From the NCBI GenBank assembly GCA_028870715.1, contig JAGWOZ010000001.1, positions 18,216 through 82,215 on the forward strand: a stretch of DNA of 64,000 bases, given 5' to 3'. How positions within the stretch are numbered: position 1 is the stretch's first letter; the number at the start of each line of letters is the position of its first letter. A model generated the notes under the pieces. It made no database searches. It saw only the letters and a list, made by a program, of their open reading frames with translations, and was not told the DNA's origin. Source of the stretch: Betaproteobacteria bacterium. GTDB taxonomy: Bacteria > Pseudomonadota > Gammaproteobacteria > Burkholderiales > Burkholderiaceae_C. A program made the translations under genes and the position numbers. Positions 32,817-42,063 of the stretch are shown piece by piece.

Positions 32817-34271
32817 TCAACTCCCCGAATACGGCGGCAGAATCATCGTGCGGTTCACCAGCACGTTGAACATGTAGCCCGGCCGGATGTTCAGCGTCGG
32901 CTGGATGTTCAGGTTCTTGTTGAGCAGGTTCGTCCCGACGGTGTTGATCTGCTGCGACAAGGCCCCTGCGGCCTGCTGGCTGGCGCTCGGCGTGGTCAGC
33001 GCGTTGCCGGTCTGTGGCTGGCTCAACTGCGCACCAACCCCAAGCAGGCTCATCAGGATGGCGCTGCCGAAGATGCGGGCGTAGTGGTTGTCCACCTGGT
33101 CCGAAAGTCCGCTTTCGCCCTGCCCGTCTGCGCCGACCATGCCCTTGAGGTCGATCATCGATCCGTTGGGGAAGATCAGCCGGTTCCAGGCCACCAGCAC
33201 GCGGCTTTGACCATACGCCACGTCGCTGCTGTAGGCGCCGATGATCTTGGTGCCTTGTGGAATCAGCACCACGCTCGGGTTCAGGCTGTCGTACACGGTC
33301 TGGCGCACCATGCCGGTGATGGTGCCCGGCAAGTCGCTGTCAATGCCGGTTTGCAGGACGGCCGGGATCACCGAACCGGCAAACAATTCGTGGTTGGATG
33401 CCTTGGCTTGCACCGACGCCTGCAGATAACCGTTGTCGCCCTTGTTCTGCTGGGCGTCGAGGAAACCTTCATTGCCCGATGGCCCCGATTGCAGCCCTGC
33501 CCCGCCCATGATCCCCGAGCCGTTCATCCCGCCCAGCGCGGCCATCAGCTTCTGGACATTGGGATCTTGGGCAGCCTGCGGGTTCTGCGCCATGGCTTGC
33601 GTCAGTTGCTGTTGCAGCGCCCGGAAATCCTGCGGACTGGCCTGGTTTGCATAGGATGCACCCGCTTGCGCAAGACCCTTGCCGCCCACGCCCGTTTCCG
33701 CGAGTTGCGCGCTCTGATCCGCCAACACCAGCCCCTCCAGGCGCTTGTAGTGCTGCTCGACTAGCCATTGGTGAAATTTCTGCGCAGGCGTCAAGGCTGT
33801 GGTCTGACCCGGCTGCAGTGTGGCGCCATAGGGATGCGCCAGTGCCGCCCCAGCGCCGCTGGCCGTTGCGGTGGGGGTTGACCCGGTTGCCGCTGGGGCG
33901 GACTGTCCACGCACGGCAAACGCGCTGGCCTGAGCCTGCGATGCGCTGGGTGTGGGTGCCGCGCTCATGCCGACCTGATCCGTGCTGCTGGCCGACGCCT
34001 CCGACGGCGCAGGTTTATTGCCTGCGGTCATGATGCCCAGAACAATCAGCCCGCTCAGCACGCCCAGTCCGCCGAAAGCCATCTGCTTGCTCTTTTTCGA
34101 CAGGCGCTTGCCCTGCTTCGGTTCGGCTTTGAGCTTGAGGCCCTTGGGGTCGCCTTTGCTGTTCCTGGTCTTGCCTGGGCCGATCACGTCAGCGATCGGC
34201 GGGAGTTCCGCTGTCGGCTGGGCGGGCAGTGCCGCCCTCTCGATCGCGCCTGCGGCTTGGTTGTCGTTCAT
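32817..34271 (-). CDS. trbI: TrbI/VirB10
   Basis: AGSVIPAVLQTGIDSDLPG, VAWNRLIFPNG, GADGQGESG, LNIQPTLNIRPG. Confidence 0.92.
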   Translation of the reverse strand: MNDNQAAGAIERAALPAQPTAELPPIADVIGPGKTRNSKGDPKGLKLKAEPKQGKRLSKKSKQMAFGGLGVLSGLIVLGIMTAGNKPAPSEASASSTDQVGMSAAPTPSASQAQASAFAVRGQSAPAATGSTPTATASGAGAALAHPYGATLQPGQTTALTPAQKFHQWLVEQHYKRLEGLVLADQSAQLAETGVGGKGLAQAGASYANQASPQDFRALQQQLTQAMAQNPQAAQDPNVQKLMAALGGMNGSGIMGGAGLQSGPSGNEGFLDAQQNKGDNGYLQASVQAKASNHELFAGSVIPAVLQTGIDSDLPGTITGMVRQTVYDSLNPSVVLIPQGTKIIGAYSSDVAYGQSRVLVAWNRLIFPNGSMIDLKGMVGADGQGESGLSDQVDNHYARIFGSAILMSLLGVGAQLSQPQTGNALTTPSASQQAAGALSQQINTVGTNLLNKNLNIQPTLNIRPGYMFNVLVNRTMILPPYSGS

Positions 34272-34302
34272 GTTTCTTGCCCCTATGTGTGGACTTGATC
34301 GA

Positions 34303-35265
34303 TCACCGCGCCCAGCCGAAGAATCCCGCGTCCTGCCCGCCATGACGGCAGACCACGGTGCGCGCATCCTTGCCGACGCCCAGCGTCAGGTTGAACTTGC
34401 TCGGCAGTCCATCGATGACGTAGTAGCCATGCACCAGGCGGCTGTTCATCAGTTCGGTGTTGCCATTGCTGGTGTTGAACACAGCGGGCGCATCGGTGAA
34501 TTTCATCGACTGCGGCATCTGCAGGTAAGTGTGGCCACCACCGGCAAACACGCGCACCGGCAGCATGCTGGTGTCGTCATGGCCGTTCTCCGCCTTGCAG
34601 GTGAAGTCGAAATCCAGATGGGCCGGATCGATGTCGCCCAGCGGGGCGACCACCGCCTGCTTCCTGGCTTCGGCTTTGGCCTTCTCGGCAGCACGCGCCT
34701 GAGCGGCCTGCTGCTGCATGTTGATCACCAATTGCTGCGGGTCGTAGAAGCCGACCAGAGGGACATAGTCGTGCGCGTCGCTCTTCAGTGTCATGTAGTA
34801 GACCCTCCCGGCGTCGGTGGTCACGACCAGATTGGTCACGAGGCCCGCTTGCGTCGGCTTGACGATCACGACGGGGCGATCCCCGGCATTCGTCGGCTGA
34901 ACCAGCCAGCGCACGGAATCGCCAATGCTCAGACTGGTGATGTGCTCGCCCGTCAGCAGGTTGATGACGCACACATGCAAAGGCGCGCAGGTAATCGTCG
35001 GGCGGCTTTGGCCGTAGGCGTACATGACCTGGCCGTTGGTGCCGATGATGTCGTTGGCGACGCCGGTCTGCAGCCATTGCTGCGCCGCCGCGTCTGTGGC
35101 GCGGTAGGACAGCGGCACGGGCGGGGTCTGGTTCACCAGTTCATGGCTGGTGAGGCCGTTGTCGGGCGTGCCAACGGACGCAACCGGGTTGGCCGCAAAG
35201 GCAGGGGCAAAAGCAGGGGCAAACAAAGAGGCCGACAGTGCGACGGCAAGGAGGGTGCGTTTCAT
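34303..35265 (-). CDS. trbG: TrbG/VirB9
   Basis: Signal peptide, YAYG..PTITCAPLHVC, GDSVRW, TNLVVTT..RVY, C-terminal VirB9 domain. Confidence 0.9.
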   Translation of the reverse strand: MKRTLLAVALSASLFAPAFAPAFAANPVASVGTPDNGLTSHELVNQTPPVPLSYRATDAAAQQWLQTGVANDIIGTNGQVMYAYGQSRPTITCAPLHVCVINLLTGEHITSLSIGDSVRWLVQPTNAGDRPVVIVKPTQAGLVTNLVVTTDAGRVYYMTLKSDAHDYVPLVGFYDPQQLVINMQQQAAQARAAEKAKAEARKQAVVAPLGDIDPAHLDFDFTCKAENGHDDTSMLPVRVFAGGGHTYLQMPQSMKFTDAPAVFNTSNGNTELMNSRLVHGYYVIDGLPSKFNLTLGVGKDARTVVCRHGGQDAGFFGWAR

Positions 35266-35314
35266 GGGGTCTTCTCCGGGAAATGGAAATGAAGTGATCA
35301 GGGCGTCAGGCGGA

Positions 35315-35959
35315 TCAAGACACGCTCTGCGTCCAGTTCAACGACTGAATGAAAATGCCCATCGGGTTGTCGAGCATGACTTGCGGCTTGTCGGCCAGCT
35401 TGGCGTCCACGCCGACCGTGATCTGCGCTTTCCAGTGCGTGGTCGTGCTGTTCTGTCCTGGCGTGCTTTTGACTTCCGTCCAGTTCACCTGGTAGGTGTT
35501 GGCCCCGGTCGGCAACACGCTGTTGACCTGCGGGTTGACGGTGTAGGCGGCGCCAAACGGGCTGTTCGCCTTGAACCAGTCGCTCACGGTGCTGGCCGCG
35601 TTGCTCGACAGCATCGCGTAGCTGCGATTGAGCAAGTTCTGCTGCGCAGTCTGGTCGGGCAGCACCATGCGGGTGTTGACAATCCAGTTGGCCAGTTGCG
35701 CCTCGATGATCCGCTGGGTCACGCCTGAGCCGTTGCTGGGCTGCGCCACGGCGATCGGGCTGCCCATCTTGTCGATGGCGACCACGAAGGGTTTGATCTT
35801 GCTTTGCGCGCCGATGTAGGCCACACCCGCCACGGCGACGGACGCCACGGAAAGCGCGGCGATAGCAGCAATGCGCCAGGAACGAGCGCGGGCGATCTGG
35901 TCGCCATAGCGTTCGTCCCACTCGCGGCGGGCATTCAGATAAGGGTTGGCTTGAGCCAT
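35315..35959 (-). CDS. trbF: TrbF/VirB8
   Basis: NPYLNARREWDERYG, single TM, YQVNWTE, NPMGIFI. Confidence 0.9.
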   Translation of the reverse strand: MAQANPYLNARREWDERYGDQIARARSWRIAAIAALSVASVAVAGVAYIGAQSKIKPFVVAIDKMGSPIAVAQPSNGSGVTQRIIEAQLANWIVNTRMVLPDQTAQQNLLNRSYAMLSSNAASTVSDWFKANSPFGAAYTVNPQVNSVLPTGANTYQVNWTEVKSTPGQNSTTTHWKAQITVGVDAKLADKPQVMLDNPMGIFIQSLNWTQSVS

Positions 35960-36189
35960 GAGGGTTCTCCTTTGGGAGGGTTGCTTGATCGGTTATGTGC
36001 GGTGGGCGGCAAAACCCTTTGTGGCGCGCTTTGCAGGCTTGCGCTTTGCCGACTCGCCTGGATTCACCGGCTTGCTGCCGATGCCCCAGGTCTGCTGCAA
36101 ATCGATGCCGGTCAGCCAGCCCCATTCGGAAACCTTGCGCTTGGGGCCTCTTGCGACGCCCCGCGAGGTGGGTGGTGTGAGTTGGAGCT

Positions 36190-36720
36190 TCATTGCAGAT
36201 ACAACTCGAATTCGGGCTCGGCCAGAATGGCGACCACGGACGGTTTCCACAGAATCTGATAGCCCGAGTGCTTGCCGTTGCTATAGGGATAGGCTTCGCC
36301 GTGCAGCTTGCCGGTCTCGGTGAGTTCCCATTCGCCCCGCGCATTGCGCCGTTGCAGGCCCAGGCGCTCAAGCAGCCGGTTGGTGGTGACAGCAGGCTCG
36401 GCAATCGCGCGCCCGACGGCGGTCGCGTTCATCGTCGCCATCGGCTCGGAATTGCGGGGCAGCGCCGCCCGAAAGCCGTCCAGGTGCAGGCCGGTTTCGC
36501 GCTCGATCACGCTCAGGGCGACGGCGGGCGTCGAAAGGGGGTAGCGTTTCGCGACCCCCTTGCAGTGCCGCTTTATGGCGTCCGGCGCATTGGCATATCC
36601 GAGCGCATCGCACACATCAACGCCGACAAAAAGTGGTTCGCCGTGCTCATCAACGATGGTGCGCACGGTGCTGGACTGAAACTGGAAGGCAAGTAGGCTG
36701 CCGCCCGGTCTGGATTGCAT
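36190..36720 (-). CDS. BRO-N/antirepressor-like protein, apparently internally deleted
   Basis: FQFQSSTVRT..GEPLFVGVDVCDALGY..AIKRHCK is followed directly by a C-terminal NRLL..GLQ..WELTETG segment. Confidence 0.6.
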   Translation of the reverse strand: MQSRPGGSLLAFQFQSSTVRTIVDEHGEPLFVGVDVCDALGYANAPDAIKRHCKGVAKRYPLSTPAVALSVIERETGLHLDGFRAALPRNSEPMATMNATAVGRAIAEPAVTTNRLLERLGLQRRNARGEWELTETGKLHGEAYPYSNGKHSGYQILWKPSVVAILAEPEFELYLQ

Positions 36721-37035
36721 TTCGGCATCTCCGAATGAGTGGGGATGCCGGGTTATGCGTGGGGGGCGGCAAAACGCGATGCGCAGCGGGCGCTCGGGTG
36801 GGCGATGATCTGCTTGCCCCTGCTGTTGCCTTTGCAGTTGCCTTTGACTTTGGCGTTCAAGGCGCAGCCGAGAACGCTGCCTTTCGGGTCTCGGGCGAAG
36901 CCTGAGCAGGTGGGGACGAGCACACAAACGCAGAAAAACAAGCACGCCAGTGCGCAGGTTTTCGAGGCTTGTGGGCACGGCCCCCTACCCTGCACTTATT
37001 TTGTTTGCCAGATTTTTTGGGCGATTGAAAACGAT

Positions 37036-37123
37036 GCCTTGACGGCACTTCGACGTTGCATTGACGAGGCATTGACGTTGCCTCGACGGCACCTCGACGG
37101 CGCCTTGACGACGCCTCGACGAA
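37036..37123 (+). repeat. Eight tandem 11-bp repeats (core RCHTYGACG), StbA-site-like
   Basis: gccttgacggc acttcgacgtt gcattgacgag gcattgacgtt gcctcgacggc acctcgacggc gccttgacgac gcctcgacgaa. Confidence 0.9.
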
Positions 37124-37205
37124 GTGGCGTGTCGGTTTTGCCGGGGTCTGCGCATAACCATGTGTCATGGGAACACGCGCCAGTGGGGTTGCATTAGGGG
37201 CAAAA

Positions 37206-38036
37206 ATGGAAACAGAAGACGCAATCGATGGTTCGGCGCGGAAAAGTCGCCAGCCTGCTCGCCATCGCGTCAGCGCAACGCAGGCGAAAATCCTTGCCGA
37301 CATCAAGCGGTTTGCCACAAACGGCCCGATCGTTCGCGTCTACGCAGAAACCATAGGGCTGCGTGACGACATTGCTGAGGCCATCCGGTCTGGCGTCACC
37401 TTGGAGATGATTGTTCAGTCTGTCGCTATTCGCTGTGACGTCGATCGCCGCTCGGCAATCGAAGGGCTGCGGCAAAGCTTGGATGGACTGGGCCTCGATC
37501 TCAAACTGCCACGCGGACATCGGCCCAAGAAAGACTCCCTGCAAGGCGACTTGGCTGCGGCAACACCAAAACCGAATCTACCGACGCCCTCAACCCAAGG
37601 GGCAAAGAAAGAGGTGACTGGCGATGCCTTGCCTGCGCCTGTCGCCGCGCCCGCTGCGGTCGGGCCGCAGCCACCGGCACAGCCTGCACCCACCCCTGCG
37701 CCGACTTCATCGAAAAGACGGCTAGCCCCGTGCGAGATGCTGTTGATCGACGCGGAAGTGGAGGGCGACTCAGTGCATCTCGACGAGTATCTCTACAAAC
37801 AGCTCGCCCGCTTCGAGTCGGGAATCGCGGTCTTCCTTGAGGGAACGGAGAGCGAAAGAAAAACGATGATTCAAACCGTGTTCGCGGATGGGCACCGGAG
37901 TGTGCCGTACCCTCGCAGCAGCGTGAACGGCATGGTCCAGGGGATGATGCCCGACATTCGCAGGAATGCCGAGAGGGTATGGGCAAGCCGTCCGCAAGGC
38001 CCGCCTTCAGGCGAGCGAATCAGCATGCAGCCCTGA
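37206..38036 (+). CDS. StbA/TraK/MobC-like DNA-binding protein
   Basis: LRDDIAEAIRSGVTLEMI resembles the TraK/StbA N-domain; Pro-rich linker; first gene of a three-gene module downstream of direct repeats. Confidence 0.45.
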   Translation: METEDAIDGSARKSRQPARHRVSATQAKILADIKRFATNGPIVRVYAETIGLRDDIAEAIRSGVTLEMIVQSVAIRCDVDRRSAIEGLRQSLDGLGLDLKLPRGHRPKKDSLQGDLAAATPKPNLPTPSTQGAKKEVTGDALPAPVAAPAAVGPQPPAQPAPTPAPTSSKRRLAPCEMLLIDAEVEGDSVHLDEYLYKQLARFESGIAVFLEGTESERKTMIQTVFADGHRSVPYPRSSVNGMVQGMMPDIRRNAERVWASRPQGPPSGERISMQP

Positions 38037-38232
38037 ACGGTTCGCCGATCGAGCCCGAACGGTTCCCTAGTTTTGATGAAACCGTTCGCCGATTCTGACG
38101 AAACCGTTCGCCGTTTTTTCTGGAACCGTTCGCCGATTCTGACGAAACCGTTCGCTCATTTCTGTCGAACCGTTCGCCGTTTTGCCTCGAACCGTTGGCC
38201 GCCCCGAGCCGAACGGTTGGCCGATGCCGGGC
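38035..38232 (+). repeat. Nine 22-bp repeats with quasi-palindromic core RAACSGTT(C/G)
   Basis: Units start at 38035, 38057, 38079, 38101, 38123, 38145, 38167, 38189 and 38211 (partial tenth at 38233). Confidence 0.9.
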
Positions 38233-38335
38233 GAACCGACCAGGCTGGGCACGCCCACTGCGCCGGGGCCTGCCATCTACCGGTTTGCCGGGTCGTGTGC
38301 ATAACCCGTTGTCCCTTGCAACTGGAGAAAGCGAC

Positions 38336-39133
38336 ATGATCAAGACTTATTTTGTGGACGGCGACAAAGGCGGCGTCGGCAAGAGCTTCACCGCCCGTGC
38401 CATCGCCGACATGCTGATGCAGTCTGAACGATTCCGACTGCCCAAAGCGATCAACCGGGTGCTGGTGGTCGATGCCGACGAATCGAATCAGGACGTGTGC
38501 GGAGAGGGAGGCTTCCCCCGGTCGGACGCTGCGGAGGGCTGCACGGTGCAAGGCCGGTTCTACCCCATTTCCACGCCCAAGCAGTGGGTTGAGGTCGCTG
38601 ACCAGACGTTCGAGATCATTGATGAATGGGATGAGGCCGACGAGGGCCGTGTGGTGTTTTCCCTGCCCGCTGGCGCTGGCCTCGCCATAGCCAGCGCGGC
38701 GGAAGTCACCGCCGTCATGGCGGCGCTGGGGGCTGTGCATGTCTGGGTCATCGGCACCGACGCCGGGTCGGTCGAGCAATTGCAGGCCCGCATCGACAAG
38801 TTCCCCGCCTTCTACCAGTCCGGCTTTGTCGTGCGCAACCTGCGCCACGGCGTGAAGGAAGATTTCACGCATTGGCAGCGCAGCAGCACGCGCGATCAGG
38901 TTCTGGCGAGTGGCTGGGTGGAGATCGACCTGCCCGTGCTCACCCCGTCCGTGGCAACCGATCTGGCGCGCACGCCTTTCTATATGGCTGAACGCGACAA
39001 GATGTCCACCACGGGCAAGAAGATCGGCATGGGATCGCTGGTGTCACTCAAGACCTTCCGTGGCGTGGCGGGTGAGCGCCTGGCCGAGCTGGAAAGGGTC
39101 AGTGCAAATCAGGCATGGGGAGAAGCAGCATGA
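38336..39133 (+). CDS. TraL/MobD/StbB-like P-loop ATPase
   Basis: Deviant Walker A DGDKGGVGKS, VVDADESNQDV, V.SLPA; GGAG RBS. Confidence 0.7.
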   Translation: MIKTYFVDGDKGGVGKSFTARAIADMLMQSERFRLPKAINRVLVVDADESNQDVCGEGGFPRSDAAEGCTVQGRFYPISTPKQWVEVADQTFEIIDEWDEADEGRVVFSLPAGAGLAIASAAEVTAVMAALGAVHVWVIGTDAGSVEQLQARIDKFPAFYQSGFVVRNLRHGVKEDFTHWQRSSTRDQVLASGWVEIDLPVLTPSVATDLARTPFYMAERDKMSTTGKKIGMGSLVSLKTFRGVAGERLAELERVSANQAWGEAA

Positions 39134-39732
39134 GCATCTATTCCGATCTGATCGAGCGGTTTGCCGAAGATGGGCTTTCCTCCGCGCAGCAGGCCGAGAT
39201 CGATGCGATCCGGTTGGCGACCCGGTTTGGCGATGACGACACCCTGTGGGGCGTGATTCTGCCGATGTATTTCCTGTCCAACCGCCGCGAGCAGGCCCGC
39301 GTCGATCAGGAAGCCCTACTGCGGGCGATCCAGAATGTCAGCACAGGCGGCATCGATGCGGAGAAACTGGGCAAGCTGGTGGCGAGGCATATCGACGCCA
39401 GCGAAATCGAGGTCGCCGCGCCCGAGGTCGATACGGGCCGGGTGGCCAAGGCCCTTGCCAAAAGCGCCACGCCGGAACTGGTGCAGGCTGTGGAGTCCAG
39501 TCTGGATAGCCGGGTGGTCAAGCTCGATGCCGATGCCGCTCACGCCGCCATCAAGGCCGCGGTCTCCGACTCGCTGTTCTCCTGGCAAGTCGCGGCAGGT
39601 GCGGCTGTGGCGCTGTTGCTGGTGGTGGCGGCCTACTGGTGGGGCGGTCACCAGGTCGAAGCACAATACCGTCCGCTGGTGCAACAACTGCAAGCCCAGG
39701 TGCGAGCCGATCAGTCGCATCAAAGACGCTGA
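39130..39732 (+). CDS. TraM/MobE-like membrane-anchored accessory protein
   Basis: Overlaps the upstream stop, GDDDTLW motif, C-terminal TM helix. Confidence 0.45.
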   Translation: MSIYSDLIERFAEDGLSSAQQAEIDAIRLATRFGDDDTLWGVILPMYFLSNRREQARVDQEALLRAIQNVSTGGIDAEKLGKLVARHIDASEIEVAAPEVDTGRVAKALAKSATPELVQAVESSLDSRVVKLDADAAHAAIKAAVSDSLFSWQVAAGAAVALLLVVAAYWWGGHQVEAQYRPLVQQLQAQVRADQSHQRR

Positions 39733-39749
39733 GACGGGCAAGGCTGATC

Positions 39750-39774
39750 AACCCGGCTTCGTGCCGGGTTTTTT
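39750..39774. terminator. Intrinsic terminator (ACCCGGC family) between convergent genes
   Basis: AACCCGGC-ttcgt-GCCGGGTT plus T run. Confidence 0.75.
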
Positions 39775-40117
39775 ACTTGAACACCCGCCGCAGGTCGGTC
39801 CAATCCGTGCGGATGCGATATGAAGCAGCCTTCAACTTATGGCGGGCCAGCCGGCGCAGGTCTGCCGACAGGTTGATGGCGAACCGCCAAACCGCCGGGG
39901 CTGCGCGCCGGAAGAACACGATCCAGGGTTTCCAGAAGCCCCTGAACAACAACAGGATCGCCATGAATCCCAGAAAGCCCATCCAGTAATCCATCGGCCC
40001 GGTGTGAAGCCCGAGCGCCAGGTGAAACACCCAGGCGGCCAGGGCGAGCGGCCAGAGCAAGAGAACCAGAAACCATGCCCAGCGCAAGAGAGACCAAGCC
40101 TGTTTGATGTAGTGCAT
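39773..40117 (-). CDS. Hypothetical membrane protein
   Basis: Two hydrophobic segments, CAGGAG RBS, directly downstream of hicB. Confidence 0.55.
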   Translation of the reverse strand: MHYIKQAWSLLRWAWFLVLLLWPLALAAWVFHLALGLHTGPMDYWMGFLGFMAILLLFRGFWKPWIVFFRRAAPAVWRFAINLSADLRRLARHKLKAASYRIRTDWTDLRRVFK

Positions 40118-40131
40118 TTGCGTTCTCCTGG

Positions 40132-40467
40132 TCAGTGGCGGGCCGCATCGGCAAGCACTTTGGCAGCCCATTTGTTCATGCTCTGCCCCGCGCGCGCCGC
40201 CGCCTTGAGCGCAGCGGCATGCACGCCGGGATCGACTCGCAGCATCAACTTGCCCGATGCGGGCTTCTCAGTGGGCTGCCCCAGCTTGGCGCAGGCTTCA
40301 ATGTAGTCATCGATCGATGCATGGAAAGCCGCTTCGAACTCGGCCACGGATTCGCCGTGGAACGCGATGATGTCGGCAATGTCCAGCACCCGACCTACGA
40401 GAATCTTGTCGTCCGGGTCATAGCTCATGCTGGCTGTATAGCCCTTGTACGTCATGACATTGTTCAT
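40132..40467 (-). CDS. hicB: HicB antitoxin
   Basis: MTYKGY, FHGESV.E..AFH.SIDDY, KPASGKLMLRVDP.VH. Confidence 0.92.
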   Translation of the reverse strand: MNNVMTYKGYTASMSYDPDDKILVGRVLDIADIIAFHGESVAEFEAAFHASIDDYIEACAKLGQPTEKPASGKLMLRVDPGVHAAALKAAARAGQSMNKWAAKVLADAARH

Positions 40468-40718
40468 GGTGTCACTCCCAACTTCTCCAGGTATTCGCGC
40501 ACAGCTCCGACGCGGTACTTCAAGGCTTCCTTCTGCGGGTGTGGCCTGTGGAAATAAGCGCGCAGACCGTCCTTCTCGAAAGTGACCGAGGACCCCGCGC
40601 CCTCAATCACCCGGCAACCTACAGCCACCAGCAAGGCTTCTATCCTGGACCACTCCAGATTGCCATTCACCGGCATGGAGAAGACCGCTTCGAGCGTTCT
40701 TTTTTGCTTGCTGTTCAT
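40464..40718 (-). CDS. hicA: HicA toxin
   Basis: MNSKQKRTLEAVF..W..IEALL..EGAGS..FHRPHP.KEA..Y. Confidence 0.9.
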   Translation of the reverse strand: MNSKQKRTLEAVFSMPVNGNLEWSRIEALLVAVGCRVIEGAGSSVTFEKDGLRAYFHRPHPQKEALKYRVGAVREYLEKLGVTP

Positions 40719-40828
40719 AAGAATATGATAGCACATGATGATTGCATTGAAGAATTTTTTGCAATCAAACGACGCGCCTTTGCCGCCCCTCGTGCATACC
40801 CCTTGTGTACACGACAAAGGAATGCGTC

Positions 40829-42010
40829 ATGCGTCGCCCACAATCTCTTGCCCCCGTCTTCGTCCTGTCCTTTCTGGCCTGCCTTGCCGCCGGGACGTCC
40901 TGGAATATCGGGCACGCCCAGGCTGGCCCCTGGCTCGCCCTCGTGCCGGTGGTGGCCGTGCCGTTCGGTCAGAGATGGTGGGCGCGCTGGTCTCTTGCGG
41001 TTGCCTATTACCTGGCTGGCTCGATCTCCATCGTGCCGTCCGCTGCGTCGTTCTTCGGCGCGCATGCGCTTGTGGCGGGCTTCGCCGCCTGGGTGGCCTC
41101 ATCACTGTTGCTGGCCTTGCCGTGGGTGCTGGCGCGCGGGCCAGTGGGTGTGCTGGCTGCGGTGTTGATCGATGCCGTACCGCCGTTCGGCCTGATCGGC
41201 TGGCTGTCCCCTTTGACGGCGGCAGGCGCGCTGTTTCCCGGCACGGCGACGGCGGGCCTGGTGCTGTGCCTGCTGCTGATCCTGGCCCTTGGCGCGTTGG
41301 CCCGGCATCGGTATTCGGTAGCGTCCTGGTTGGTCATTCTGTTTGCCACCGGGTCGGCCATTGGGTGTTTAACCACGTTCACCCCGCCCGGCCCGCCCGC
41401 TGGGTGGGTCGGGGTCAACACGTCGGTTCTGCCCAGCGGGGGTGATGTGATGAAGGCCATTCAGAACAACCGGAAGGTCATCGCCGCGGCACTCGAACAA
41501 GGCAAAGGCGCGCGGGTCGTGGTGCTGCCCGAAGCCGTACTCGACGACTGGTGGCCGGGCACGCAGGCGCAGCTCGCTGCGGCGGTGCCGCCTGGGCAGT
41601 TGTGGCTGATCGGCGCGGAGACGCAGGTCCCGGGCGAAAAATGGGATGCGGTCGTGGCGGTGCGACATGGGCGTGCAGAGCCTGAGCCGCTGTTCCGAGC
41701 CGCGTTGCCCATGCCGTGGAGTATGTGGCGGCCAGGCTCTGAAGGCTCCTACATCGCGGCGTGGTGGGAGCCGGTGCGGGTTGTTGATGGCGCGCGGGTT
41801 TGGGCAAGCATCTGTTTCGATCAGGTGCTGCCGTGGGTGTGGGTCGAGGGGTTGATTCAGCGGCCCGATGTGGTGCTGGTGCAGTCAAACGCCTGGTGGG
41901 CGCGGGGCTGGAACCCGGCGCCGGCAATTCAGGAAGCCCAGGCCAATGCGTGGATCAATCTGATCGGCGAAAAAGCGGTATTGACGACGAATGAATTTGG
42001 TATATATTGA
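40829..42010 (+). CDS. TraB-like (Ti-type) membrane protein with nitrilase/Lnt-like fold
   Basis: Multiple TMs, PPFGLIGWLSPL..AGALFPG, VVVLPE, PMPWSMW, SICFD. Confidence 0.7.
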   Translation: MRRPQSLAPVFVLSFLACLAAGTSWNIGHAQAGPWLALVPVVAVPFGQRWWARWSLAVAYYLAGSISIVPSAASFFGAHALVAGFAAWVASSLLLALPWVLARGPVGVLAAVLIDAVPPFGLIGWLSPLTAAGALFPGTATAGLVLCLLLILALGALARHRYSVASWLVILFATGSAIGCLTTFTPPGPPAGWVGVNTSVLPSGGDVMKAIQNNRKVIAAALEQGKGARVVVLPEAVLDDWWPGTQAQLAAAVPPGQLWLIGAETQVPGEKWDAVVAVRHGRAEPEPLFRAALPMPWSMWRPGSEGSYIAAWWEPVRVVDGARVWASICFDQVLPWVWVEGLIQRPDVVLVQSNAWWARGWNPAPAIQEAQANAWINLIGEKAVLTTNEFGIY

Positions 42011-42063
42011 TTTCCTTAGTGAAAAATAAAATAAAGTTGTTGCAGAGCAGATTAGTGTGGGAT

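Noticed and set aside
38035-38244. CRISPR array
   Set aside because: The period is only 22 bp, variable halves recur (GATTCTGACG twice), and no cas genes are visible
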